Of a DNA stretch of 57,563 nt, positions 48,499-57,563 are shown one piece after another. Numbering within the stretch: position 1 is the stretch's first letter; each line of letters begins with the position of its first letter. The stretch is taken from positions 1-57,563 of the IMG/VR virus record IMGVR_UViG_3300028598_000002, one strand, 5' to 3'. Source of the stretch: a virus (lineage: Duplodnaviria > Caudoviricetes). The notes beneath the pieces are model-generated. The model searched no databases, had not been told where the DNA came from, and was given only the letters and a program-made list of their open reading frames with translations. Made by a program: the position numbers and the translations under genes.

Positions 48499-50334
48499 AT
48501 GAAAATAATTACGATTGACTTCGAATCGTTCTACTCACGTGAGTTCTCACTCACCAAAATGACCACCCAAGAATACATCTTAAGTCCTCACTTCGAAGTC
48601 ATAGGTGTATCTGTGAAAGTCGGTGATGACCAGACGCAATGGAAAACCAGCACCCGCGAAAATATAAGGCTGTGGCTGAATCAGTTCCCTTGGGATGATG
48701 CTATTGTCTGCGCCCATAACGCCATGTTCGATGGTGCCATCCTCGAATGGATATTCGACATCCACCCCAAACTCTACCACTGCACCATGATGTCAAGCCG
48801 CCCCATCTGCGTACCGTTCACTACCCGCGGCAAGTCCTCGCTGGCCGAGGTATCCAAATTCTACAACCTGCCGCCGAAGGGTACGGAGATCCAAAATGCA
48901 CTGGGCATGCGGCGACGAGACTTTAACGAACCTGCCATGCAGCGATACGCTGACTACTGCATGCACGACACCGAGCTGTGTTATTACATTGCGAAGAAGC
49001 ACCTGCCCCAATTACCACAGGCAGAAATTTTACTCATCAGCGCCACAATCACGAAGTTCACCAGACCCAAGCTTGAACTTGATATTGATGTCTTGACAAC
49101 AAGGCTCGCTGAGGTGCTGGAAGAAAAGGCCAACGTGCTGGAACGCTGCGGGTTACACAATCGCGACATGCTGATGTCGAATGAACAATTCGCCGCAGCC
49201 CTGATCATGTTCGGGGTTACGCCCCCAACCAAGATATCACCTCGCACCGGCAAGGAGACATACGCCTTTGCCAAGGTGGATAAAGATTTCATAGCCCTGC
49301 TGGAGCATGAGGATGTACGAGTCCAACTGATCGTAGCCGCCCGACTCAAGGTGAAGAGCACCATCGAAGAGACCCGCCTCCAGCGATTCATCGATGTCTA
49401 CCATGCGATGCAAGCCACTGGTAGTAAGTTCGCAGCACCACTGCTCTACGCCGCGGCCCACACGCATCGATTCGGGGGATGGGACAAGCTCAACCTCCAG
49501 AACCTTGGTCGCGCATCTGCATTACGCCGAGGCATCAAGGCACCAGAGGGGCACCAGATTATTGCGGGTGACCTGAGCCAGATCGAAGCGCGGATCACCG
49601 CGGTGCTGGCAGGACAGGATGATCTGGTCGAAGCGTTCCGTAAAGGCGTGGATGTATATTCAGCATTTGCATCCCGGCTATACGATTTCGAAGTTACCAA
49701 GGCGAATACCACTGAGCGATTCGTTGGCAAGACCTGCATACTGGGCTTAGGTTTCGGGGTAGGTGGAGTAACCTTACAAAATAGCTTGAGTATTGCTGAT
49801 GTAGATGTTACACTAAATGAGAGTTATAGATATGTAAATACATATCGGACCATCTACCCCTGCATCCCAGCGTTGTGGAGTTTGATGGACAAGAAGGTGA
49901 TACAGGCTATGGCTGAGGGTGTTAGATTGGAGATTGGATTCAACATACATACCGAGAAAGAAGCCATCGTGTTGCCCAACGGAATGAAGCTCAGGTACCC
50001 GAACCTATACCAGAAGCAAGTTGATGGGTACAACAATTGGGTGTATGATTACCGGGGTAACGAGACCACAATTTATGGAGCGAAACTCGTTGAGAACGTA
50101 GTACAGGCGCTGGCTCGAATCATTGTATCAGCCGCCGAGGTACGACTTATCAAAGCTGGGTGGTATGCCGTGTTGCAAGTTCACGATGAACTGCTATATG
50201 TAATACCCAATGCTAAGGTTGAGATCTTCTCACGAGTACTCCAGAAGATACTGGAACAACCAGTGCCATGGATGCCCGAGCTGCCGGTTGCAGCAGAAGT
50301 AGCACATGGCGATACATACGCCGATGCTAAGTAG
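48499..50334 (+). CDS. polA: DNA polymerase family A with 3'-5' exonuclease
   Basis: Exo I IDFES, Exo II AHNAMFD, Exo III YCMHD; motif A DLSQIEAR, motif B R...KTCILGLGFG, motif C VHDE. Confidence 0.9.
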   Translation: MKIITIDFESFYSREFSLTKMTTQEYILSPHFEVIGVSVKVGDDQTQWKTSTRENIRLWLNQFPWDDAIVCAHNAMFDGAILEWIFDIHPKLYHCTMMSSRPICVPFTTRGKSSLAEVSKFYNLPPKGTEIQNALGMRRRDFNEPAMQRYADYCMHDTELCYYIAKKHLPQLPQAEILLISATITKFTRPKLELDIDVLTTRLAEVLEEKANVLERCGLHNRDMLMSNEQFAAALIMFGVTPPTKISPRTGKETYAFAKVDKDFIALLEHEDVRVQLIVAARLKVKSTIEETRLQRFIDVYHAMQATGSKFAAPLLYAAAHTHRFGGWDKLNLQNLGRASALRRGIKAPEGHQIIAGDLSQIEARITAVLAGQDDLVEAFRKGVDVYSAFASRLYDFEVTKANTTERFVGKTCILGLGFGVGGVTLQNSLSIADVDVTLNESYRYVNTYRTIYPCIPALWSLMDKKVIQAMAEGVRLEIGFNIHTEKEAIVLPNGMKLRYPNLYQKQVDGYNNWVYDYRGNETTIYGAKLVENVVQALARIIVSAAEVRLIKAGWYAVLQVHDELLYVIPNAKVEIFSRVLQKILEQPVPWMPELPVAAEVAHGDTYADAK

Positions 50335-50344
50335 GAGATCGACG

Positions 50345-51007
50345 TTGGCTAAAGCATTTTCTTGGAGCTTCTCAGCACTCACTTCATACGAACTGTGTCC
50401 CAAGAAATACTGGCACGTGTCACTTGCCAAGGATGTGAAGGAACCACCCAACCAAGCGGGTGAGTATGGGCAAACTGCTCATAAGCATTTTGAAAATCGA
50501 CTGGTAAAGGATAAGGCTTTACCACTGGACCTGCGTCATCACGAAGAGACGCTAGCAAAATTTACCAATGCCAAGGGAGAGGGCATGGGCGAGCAGAAGC
50601 TCGCAATCAACAAGGAGTTTCAACTGACCGGATATTTCGACAATGATGTATGGTGCAGGACGATCATCGACTACTGTAAGGTGTCAGGATCACACGCAAT
50701 CATAGCGGATTGGAAGTTCGGGAAGACGAAGGAAGACGATTATGATCAGCTCGACCTGATGGCGGCATGTGCGTTTATCGCAATGCCTGAGCTGAACAGC
50801 ATCACAGCACTGTACTACTGGGCCAAGGACAAGAAGATAGACCCTCAAAAGTATGTACGTGGTGACTGCCCCGGGATATGGAATAACTTCCTGCCCCGGG
50901 TAGAGGAACTGGAGTATGCCAAGAAGAATAGTAACTTCCCGGCTACACCAAATTTCCTCTGCAAGAACTGGTGCTGGTGCAAGATGTGTCCTCACTGCGG
51001 TGGCTAG
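50345..51007 (+). CDS. PD-(D/E)XK exonuclease (Cas4/RecB-like)
   Basis: 'WSFS.L..YE.CP', 'G...H', 'IID', 'DWKFGK', 'QL', C-terminal CxxWCxCxxC; probable TTG start at 50345 after GGAGATCGAC. Confidence 0.8.
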   Translation: MAKAFSWSFSALTSYELCPKKYWHVSLAKDVKEPPNQAGEYGQTAHKHFENRLVKDKALPLDLRHHEETLAKFTNAKGEGMGEQKLAINKEFQLTGYFDNDVWCRTIIDYCKVSGSHAIIADWKFGKTKEDDYDQLDLMAACAFIAMPELNSITALYYWAKDKKIDPQKYVRGDCPGIWNNFLPRVEELEYAKKNSNFPATPNFLCKNWCWCKMCPHCGG

Positions 51008-51299
51008 AACACCGGAAGGTAAGGTGAAGGACAAGCTCAGGAAGATACTGGGCTTTCATGAGGTGCTCTACTTTATGCCTGTTCAGTCAGGTTACGGAGC
51101 ACCGGCTTTGGATTACATCTGCTGTCACAAAGGCAGGTACTTCCAGATAGAAGCAAAGGCTGGGCACGGCGTAATGACGAAGCGCCAAGAGACAATCGCC
51201 AGAATGGTTGAAGAAGCTGGTGGTCGTGCCTTTTTATTTAACGAAGATCCCGAGACGCGGGAGAGGCTGACAAAATGGTTGGAACAGGATACCGAATAA
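51000..51299 (+). CDS. VRR-NUC nuclease (Holliday-junction resolvase-like)
   Basis: 'TPEGKVK', 'G..ALD', 'IEAKA......T.RQ......AGG'; probable GTG start at 51000. Confidence 0.8.
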   Translation: MARTPEGKVKDKLRKILGFHEVLYFMPVQSGYGAPALDYICCHKGRYFQIEAKAGHGVMTKRQETIARMVEEAGGRAFLFNEDPETRERLTKWLEQDTE

Positions 51300-52828
51300 G
51301 CGAACGGCACACGGCAATACTCATGCCGTTTAACCCGTCCGTGATGAACGTAATCCCTCATGCCAAGGAATTGACGCATAAGGGTAAGATCTTCACAGCA
51401 GTGAGGCATGCCCCCACTGAGACCAAGCTACTCAACAATCTGGGGATAGAAGTACCCAATCCTATCCTGCACCATTACGACTGGTGTGATACCACCCCAT
51501 TCGAATCACAGAAAGTAACCGCGGCCCTGATGGTCGCCAACAAACGTGCCTATATCTTAAATGATATGGGTACGGGCAAGACCCGCGCATCCCTGTACGG
51601 TACCGACTACCTCATGAAAGTGGGCGAGGTTAAGCGATGCTTGATCATAGCGCCCCTGTCAACGCTCTCGACAGTGTGGGAGCGGGAGATCTTCCAGTGT
51701 TTCTCGCACCGGTCTGCTATCTCGCTGCACGGCACCAAGAAGCAACGGGTGAAGAAGCTTGCCGAGGACCACGATTACTACATCATCAACCATGATGGCC
51801 TCGAAGTGCTGAAAGAAGAACTGCTAGCACGAGACGATATCGATGCCGTTATCATTGACGAGTTAGCAGTACTGCGTAATTCCAATACCACCCGCTGGAA
51901 GACCACCAAGAAAGTCGTGGGCGAGCGCAAGTTTGTATGGGGTATGACCGGCTCACCAACCCCGAAGGGTCCCGAAGACGCCTACGGTCAGGTGAAGCTG
52001 CTCACGCCTAAGCGCGTGCCACGGTATTTCAAGGCATGGCAGTCTGAGGTTAGTACCCAGATCACCCCATTCAAGTGGCTACCGAAGCCCTCAGCCAATG
52101 ATACGGTACACGAGGCCATGAGACCGGCAGTGCGCTACGAACTGGAGGACTGCATTGACTTACCCCCAATCACGGTATCAACCCGTGAGGTGGAAATGTC
52201 GCCTGCTCAGAAGCAGGCTTACAAGACCATGAAAGAGGCTTTTTACGCCAATTTCCATGAAGGCGAAATTACGGCACTCAATGCCGGGGTCCAAACCTCG
52301 AAATTGCTGCAAATTGGTGCTGGCTTCACCTACGGGCAAAATGAGCTATGTGTTGACCTGCCGCATGAGCCCAGAATCAAGGAATTGCGGGAAATCATCG
52401 ATAGCACCGAGCACAACGTCATTGTATTCACACCATTCAAGCACTCTGTCGCTTTGCTGGAAAAACAGCTCTCGAAGACCTATACCGTTGCGGCAATATC
52501 TGGTGATGTACCGAAAACCCAGCGGGACAAGATATTTAATCGATTCCAGCATGGCAATGACCTGAAAGTGATTGTGGCGCATCCCCAGTGTATGAGCCAT
52601 GGTCTCACGCTCACAGCAGCAAGTCATATCATCTGGTATTCGCCAACACCGAATCTGGAGACGTATGAACAGGCATCGGCACGGATACGCCGCCCCGGTC
52701 AGGATAAGCATACACATATTGTACACCTGCAATCGAGTCCAATCGAAAAGCGGATATACAAGGTATTGGAGCAGCGCGGCAGTATGCAGGAAGCTCTGCT
52801 CGATTTATTCCGTGCAGAACTTAAATAA
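51275..52828 (+). CDS. SNF2-like SF2 helicase
   Basis: MGTGKT, IIDE, MTGSP, HGLTLTAA, QA.ARI.RPGQ. Confidence 0.9.
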   Translation: MVGTGYRISERHTAILMPFNPSVMNVIPHAKELTHKGKIFTAVRHAPTETKLLNNLGIEVPNPILHHYDWCDTTPFESQKVTAALMVANKRAYILNDMGTGKTRASLYGTDYLMKVGEVKRCLIIAPLSTLSTVWEREIFQCFSHRSAISLHGTKKQRVKKLAEDHDYYIINHDGLEVLKEELLARDDIDAVIIDELAVLRNSNTTRWKTTKKVVGERKFVWGMTGSPTPKGPEDAYGQVKLLTPKRVPRYFKAWQSEVSTQITPFKWLPKPSANDTVHEAMRPAVRYELEDCIDLPPITVSTREVEMSPAQKQAYKTMKEAFYANFHEGEITALNAGVQTSKLLQIGAGFTYGQNELCVDLPHEPRIKELREIIDSTEHNVIVFTPFKHSVALLEKQLSKTYTVAAISGDVPKTQRDKIFNRFQHGNDLKVIVAHPQCMSHGLTLTAASHIIWYSPTPNLETYEQASARIRRPGQDKHTHIVHLQSSPIEKRIYKVLEQRGSMQEALLDLFRAELK

Positions 52829-52892
52829 TGAGCTACACTATAATGATGTATTTACCTTTTTCACAAAAAATAATTTTGGAGGTTTTTTGACT

Positions 52893-53198
52893 ATGAAACG
52901 ATTTACCGCGTACCGACACGATATGGACGAGCACCATAACACCCACAACGAAAACCAGAAGAATCCGGAAGGTGAGCCCCAGTACGAAGGCATCATCTTT
53001 ACCGATGGTTCCTGCGCTATCCGCTGGCTGACTGTATGCAAATCCACCTCTGTGTGGGACAGCTTCGAGACAGCAATGCTCGTACATGGGCACCCCGAAT
53101 ATGGCACTGAGATCGTGTTTCATGACGAACCTGCCGACCTGCCATGGGAAGAACCCCAGATCCAGACACGTAACAAAGCGGGGAACATACTATTATGA
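52893..53198 (+). CDS. Hypothetical phage protein
   Basis: ATG at 52893 with GGAGG SD; 'EG..F.DG..A.RW....ST......HGH' pattern. Confidence 0.6.
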   Translation: MKRFTAYRHDMDEHHNTHNENQKNPEGEPQYEGIIFTDGSCAIRWLTVCKSTSVWDSFETAMLVHGHPEYGTEIVFHDEPADLPWEEPQIQTRNKAGNILL

Positions 53199-53578
53199 GC
53201 CAAGCCATGGCGAAAGCCGTTGAAAAATATATCCTGCTGCGCGACGAAAAGAAGCGCATCCAAGACAAGCATAAGGAGGAACTAGCACCCCTCAACGATG
53301 CAATGTCCAAGATTGAAAACGCAGTGCAAAAAATCCTGATCAATCAGGGTGCTACCAACAGTAAGACACCAGCTGGCACTGCCTACCTGAGCACAACCAA
53401 ACGACCAAAGGTAGTTGACTGGTCCGAGTTGAAGCCGTTCTTAATTGAGAACGACTTGTTAGACATGATGACCCGGTCGCTCAGTGCCACCGCGGTCGAT
53501 GAGTTCTACGAATCAACAGGTGATTTGCCCCCGGGCGTCACCATCACATCTGAAACCAATTGCCGCTTCAAGCGGTAG
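53195..53578 (+). CDS. Coiled-coil replication-module protein
   Basis: 127 aa; 'KT.AGT.Y', 'V.DW', 'LPPGV' motifs. Confidence 0.55.
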   Translation: MSQAMAKAVEKYILLRDEKKRIQDKHKEELAPLNDAMSKIENAVQKILINQGATNSKTPAGTAYLSTTKRPKVVDWSELKPFLIENDLLDMMTRSLSATAVDEFYESTGDLPPGVTITSETNCRFKR

Positions 53579-53588
53579 GAGCAATGCC

Positions 53589-54575
53589 ATGGGCGATTTA
53601 GCCAACGTAAAAAATACGCTTCCAGCAGAAATGCAGGACGTTTTCGACGCCGACAGTCTAGCCGGTGATCTATATGATGGAGTCCAAGGAGGATTCGCAG
53701 TCATATCTATCCGAGGTTCTCGCTTCCGCATCGCCAAGGCGGGGGAAGAAACTGTCATGCTGAACGAGAAGGATGAACCCATCGGTTCCCTTGAGTGTGT
53801 GCTGGTCAAAGCATCACGCAACGTCAGCAAGCTGTACTATGCCAAGTCCTTCGAGGAAGGTGATGATGCAGCACCCGATTGCTGGTCAATCGATGGCATC
53901 ACGCCTGACCAAGGAGCCACTACACCGCAGTCGAAAAAGTGTGCTACCTGTCCACAAAATGTATGGGGTAGCAAGATCACCCCGGCAGGTAAAAAGACCA
54001 AGGCATGTGGTGACAATCGTCGCATCGCTGTCGTCCCTCTGGGTGACATCGCGAACCAACAATACGATGGTGCCATGATGCTCAGAGTACCGGCTGCATC
54101 GCTGGCTGATCTGGCCTTGTACGGTAAGGGTATGGCAGGTAAGGGCTTCCCTTATAATGCTATCGGCACGCGCATCGGATTCGATACCAGCGCCAGCTTT
54201 CCGAAGCTGACTTTCAAACCGATCCGTCCTCTGACTCAGGAAGAATTGGTGCAGGTTGCTGAGGTAGCAGTGTCCCCGACCGTTCACGCTATTCTTGACG
54301 CGCCACCGACTGAGACACCGGTCGAACAAGAACCCGCTGCCGAGCCAGAAGCCGCAGTTTCATTGGACTTCGAGCAGGGAGACGGTGATGACGTTAACGC
54401 AGTGACAGCAGAAATGGAAGGCAAGGCACCGCCCAAGAAGAAGGCTGCTACCAAGAAAAAAGCCGCGGCCAAGAAGCCTGAACCTGAGCCAGAACCGGCT
54501 GAAGAAGAGGCTGCTGCTGACCCGGTAGAAGAATCACTCGATGATCTGCTGGCGGATCTGGACAGCTTGGGCTAG
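53589..54575 (+). CDS. Putative single-stranded DNA-binding/annealing protein
   Basis: ATG at 53589; 'PDCWS.DG..P', CxxC, 'GKK.KAC', 'LRVPAASL'; long acidic C-terminal tail. Confidence 0.6.
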   Translation: MGDLANVKNTLPAEMQDVFDADSLAGDLYDGVQGGFAVISIRGSRFRIAKAGEETVMLNEKDEPIGSLECVLVKASRNVSKLYYAKSFEEGDDAAPDCWSIDGITPDQGATTPQSKKCATCPQNVWGSKITPAGKKTKACGDNRRIAVVPLGDIANQQYDGAMMLRVPAASLADLALYGKGMAGKGFPYNAIGTRIGFDTSASFPKLTFKPIRPLTQEELVQVAEVAVSPTVHAILDAPPTETPVEQEPAAEPEAAVSLDFEQGDGDDVNAVTAEMEGKAPPKKKAATKKKAAAKKPEPEPEPAEEEAAADPVEESLDDLLADLDSLG

Positions 54576-54585
54576 AGGGTATAAA

Positions 54586-54613
54586 GTTGGGGGTCCAAAC
54601 CGGGCCCCCTAAC
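54586..54613 (+). other. GC-rich intergenic hairpin
   Basis: GTTGGGGGTCC-AAACC-GGGCCCCCTAAC imperfect inverted repeat; no U-tract. Confidence 0.4.
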
Positions 54614-54635
54614 ACCCAATAAAAAGAGACTGACA

Positions 54636-57356
54636 ATGCAACTTCGCGAGTTCCTCAAAGCCATACTACCAAGCAAAGGGACATACTACACAGCGCAGCA
54701 AGAGCAGACCAAACCCCTCCGACAATTCAAACATGATTCAATCGAAGACGCAGCCCTGAAGTTGCTGGACATGACCAAGTCCCAGAGCAACTGTTACATA
54801 GCAACGGGATCATTCAAAAACAAAAGAACGCAAGCCGACTGCCGTGCCAAGAAGGCATGGTACATCGACATCGATTGCAAACCCGGGAAAGATTACGACA
54901 GCAAAGCCCTTGCCATGGCAGCGCTGAAGGAAGCACTGAAAGGTGGGCTACCACAACCATCAATCATCATCGATTCAGGCAACGGATTCCATATCTACTG
55001 GGTCATTGCCGAAGAGGTGGACGCTGTCCGCTGGCGGGGAGTCGCTGAAATGCTGGACCACGCAGTAGCAGCACTCGGATTGAACGTAGATCCGACCAGT
55101 ACGAAGGACTCGGCACGAATCTTGCGTGCGCCAGAGACACTCAACTGGAAAGACCCGAAGAGACCCATCCCCTGCGAAGTTAAAATAGACACCCACAAAA
55201 TTTATTCCTACCCCGCACTATTAAAATTATTTGAACCCTACAAAACTGTAGCTAAGCCATCGAATGTAATTCACATGCCAGTACCTCAAGGCATGCCCGA
55301 TGATTTATGGGCTGGCTTACCTGAGGGGAAAGCGAACAAGGCACAGGACATGATCGACCAGTGCCCACTGTTCGGAGAGGCCATAGCCACTGGCGGGAAG
55401 GAACACCTAGAACCATTGTGGCGTGGGTTGATACAGACCTTAGTCTATGTGGATGACGGTGAGGATTACATCCATGCCATCAGCGACCAGCATCCAGACT
55501 ACAACCCCCACCACGTAGCCGCTAAATACAAGGCAGCGTTTAATAAAAAGGATGAAGCAGGTCCATACCTCTGCCAGACTTTAGCAAAACACTCAACCAC
55601 CTGTCAGACCTGCCCTTACTGGGGCACCATCAAGACACCACTCGCGCTATCGTATGGCACGAAAGGTTTACTCCCATACCCATACCGCGACGGAGCCCAC
55701 GGCGTAGAGCTGTATGATCCGGACGAGGATGAATGGGCTCAGGTTATTAACTACCACGTATCGGACTACCAGATAGCACAATCCGCTAACAGTCCGACCT
55801 ATGTTAAATTTGTAATGGACGGTGAGCAGATTGACTCCGACATGGTGGTTACGACTGACAATAAATCCCTGAGTGTACTGCTTGCACACCACGGACTCAG
55901 TCTCAACGACCCTAATCTACTACAGATGAGGCGACTCATGGTTGCTTGGACACAACAACTCAGGAATAACAGACAAGTGCATGCAGCCACCAGAGAATTT
56001 GGCTGGTGCGGTAAAGGCTTTCACTATGGCGGCATCATGTACGCCGCGGATGGTACCGAGACCCCCTCCTTCAAGACCGATGTGAATTTGTACAACATCT
56101 TTTCACCGCATGGTGACATAGGACCATGGCAGAAATGTGCCAACCATATCCTGTCCCAACCACGCCATGCTGTCTGGTGCATGCTGGCCGCATCATTTGG
56201 ATCGCCGCTGATGAAGTTCACAGGGGCCACAGGAGCCGTTCTCTCTGTGGTATCTCAAGATACCGGAACAGGCAAGTCAACGGCTATGCGTGTAGCACAG
56301 GGCGTCTGGGGCCATCCCATGAGGGGGATGTTCATGATCGATGACACCACGAACCTCGTTGGCAACCGGATGGGGGTACTGAATAACCTCCCGGGATTCT
56401 GGGACGAGGTACGGGAACGTGAACAAGTTCACCAGTTTATTAAGAACATTTTCCGAATGGGTCAGGGGCAGGAGAAGAAACGACTGACCTCCAACATCAC
56501 CGAGCGGGAGTCAGGCGGCTGGTCAACCATGCTAATCGTCGCATCCAATGAAGCCCTGCGGGATCACATCGAGCAGCAGGTAGGCAACTCCGATGCTGGA
56601 GCCGTGCGTGTCTTCGAACTATACGCCGATGCAATACAAGACACGACGATGAACAACGACCAAGCCCAGCATATGTACCTGAAGGTCGAAGAGAATTTCG
56701 GTCACGCCGGGGCCAAGTATGCCAAGTGGCTGGCAATGAATAAGGACAAGGCCAAGCAGACAGTGCAAGGGATCGCCAGCAAGCTCAATACTGACCTCAA
56801 GGGTACGAGCGACGAGCGTTACTGGATCGCATCCATGTCGTGCATGCTAGCCGGTGCAGCCATTGCCACGAGCTTGGGTATCTGCGCGTTCGATATGAAA
56901 GAGTTCAAGGAATACCTGATCAAGGAGTTCCTGAAAATGCGTAGTGAAAAGTACGAGGAATGGGAGACACCACAAGCCAGAAGCATCAAGCTACTGGTAC
57001 GGTTCTTGCATGAGCACAAAGACCAGACAGTTAAATCCGACCTGATACCCAGCAGGGGCAAGCGGCCCTATAAAATATTCAAGGATGCTTTCAAGCAGCC
57101 TGTCGTAGTTCGTGTTGCTACGGACTCAGCAATCGTCCGCATCATCAAAGAAGATTTCAAGGATTGGATGTACGAGCGCATGAAAGGTGCCGGGTATGGA
57201 CACGTTATCAAGGACCTAGAAAAGATGGGAGCCGTACCTATTAGGGGATCGGTAGATGCTGGCACGAGCTTAGCATCAAGTGGTCGTCAGATGTGCTTGG
57301 ACTTTCCCATGAACGCACCGTCCTTCAAGGCTGCGTTGAAAGACTGGCTGGACTAG
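54636..57356 (+). CDS. Primase-helicase (AEP/RepB-like primase + DUF927-type helicase)
   Basis: IDIDC, DSGNGFHIYW and RILRAP primase motifs; CxxCPY; P-loop TGTGKST, WDE, ASN. Confidence 0.85.
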   Translation: MQLREFLKAILPSKGTYYTAQQEQTKPLRQFKHDSIEDAALKLLDMTKSQSNCYIATGSFKNKRTQADCRAKKAWYIDIDCKPGKDYDSKALAMAALKEALKGGLPQPSIIIDSGNGFHIYWVIAEEVDAVRWRGVAEMLDHAVAALGLNVDPTSTKDSARILRAPETLNWKDPKRPIPCEVKIDTHKIYSYPALLKLFEPYKTVAKPSNVIHMPVPQGMPDDLWAGLPEGKANKAQDMIDQCPLFGEAIATGGKEHLEPLWRGLIQTLVYVDDGEDYIHAISDQHPDYNPHHVAAKYKAAFNKKDEAGPYLCQTLAKHSTTCQTCPYWGTIKTPLALSYGTKGLLPYPYRDGAHGVELYDPDEDEWAQVINYHVSDYQIAQSANSPTYVKFVMDGEQIDSDMVVTTDNKSLSVLLAHHGLSLNDPNLLQMRRLMVAWTQQLRNNRQVHAATREFGWCGKGFHYGGIMYAADGTETPSFKTDVNLYNIFSPHGDIGPWQKCANHILSQPRHAVWCMLAASFGSPLMKFTGATGAVLSVVSQDTGTGKSTAMRVAQGVWGHPMRGMFMIDDTTNLVGNRMGVLNNLPGFWDEVREREQVHQFIKNIFRMGQGQEKKRLTSNITERESGGWSTMLIVASNEALRDHIEQQVGNSDAGAVRVFELYADAIQDTTMNNDQAQHMYLKVEENFGHAGAKYAKWLAMNKDKAKQTVQGIASKLNTDLKGTSDERYWIASMSCMLAGAAIATSLGICAFDMKEFKEYLIKEFLKMRSEKYEEWETPQARSIKLLVRFLHEHKDQTVKSDLIPSRGKRPYKIFKDAFKQPVVVRVATDSAIVRIIKEDFKDWMYERMKGAGYGHVIKDLEKMGAVPIRGSVDAGTSLASSGRQMCLDFPMNAPSFKAALKDWLD

Positions 57357-57563
57357 CCTTTAGTATATGGATTCGCCTTCTGTATTTTCTTGCGCTTCAT
57401 CTGGCTCTTGCTGTGACCGCCCGGGCTCATACCGTGACCTCGATTGGTCGAGGGTTTACCCACCCCAAGGTTACCGGGACTATTGGTACCGCCCTTTGAC
57501 AGAGGCTTCTTATGGGTCACATCCTTACCGTCACCCTTTGTCACAGCTCCAGTCTTCTCCATG
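57353..57563 (-). CDS. HNH-like protein, C-terminal part (probably starts outside the window)
   Basis: KGDGKDVTHKKPLSKGG.N...NL......NR. Confidence 0.6.
   Translation of the reverse strand, partial: MEKTGAVTKGDGKDVTHKKPLSKGGTNSPGNLGVGKPSTNRGHGMSPGGHSKSQMKRKKIQKANPYTKG

Noticed and set aside
50345-51007. cas4 as part of a CRISPR system
   Set aside because: Stand-alone Cas4-like exonucleases are routine in phage replication modules, and no array is present.
1-57563. Many antisense or alternate-frame ORFs in the ORF track (e.g. 1492..2073, 32222..32926, 37168..37695)
   Set aside because: They overlap well-supported, tightly coupled genes and lack recognisable motifs; treated as shadow ORFs.
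1-57563. Visual impression that CCGCGG is over-represented
   Set aside because: Cannot be established by eye; it needs a k-mer count against a Markov background and may reflect Ala/Arg codon pairs.

Overview
Most of a tailed dsDNA phage genome with podovirus-like organisation. The host is probably Gram-negative/proteobacterial, inferred from the sigma70 promoters and an outer-membrane-type protein. The left ~35.5 kb is a minus-strand morphogenesis/lysis arm: terminase, portal, scaffold, major capsid, adaptors, repeat-built tail fibres of 2359 and 1099 aa, an M15 endolysin with holin, a tail tube protein and ejection proteins. The right ~22 kb is a plus-strand arm of many small genes plus a MoxR-like AAA+ ATPase/vWA-peptidase pair, family A DNA polymerase, PD-(D/E)XK nuclease, VRR-NUC, SNF2-like helicase, SSB-like protein and primase-helicase. 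I recognised no integrase, ParA/ParB, tRNA, CRISPR array or reverse transcriptase. The best signals outside the gene list are: (1) a type III hammerhead ribozyme whose stem III covers the ribosome-binding site of the first rightward gene; (2) a perfect 16-bp chromosomal parS site without phage par genes; (3) a right-arm gene whose N-terminus copies a segment of the phage's own major capsid protein, and a small ORF ending in a terminase-like motif (possible decoys); (4) a GGAGACCGAC motif repeated at many right-arm gene starts; (5) two in-frame tandem genes sharing a 29-aa N-terminus; (6) a miniature YadA-anchor-like protein and an Fn3 protein in the lysis cassette. All product calls come from motif recognition and gene context by eye; no database search was run.
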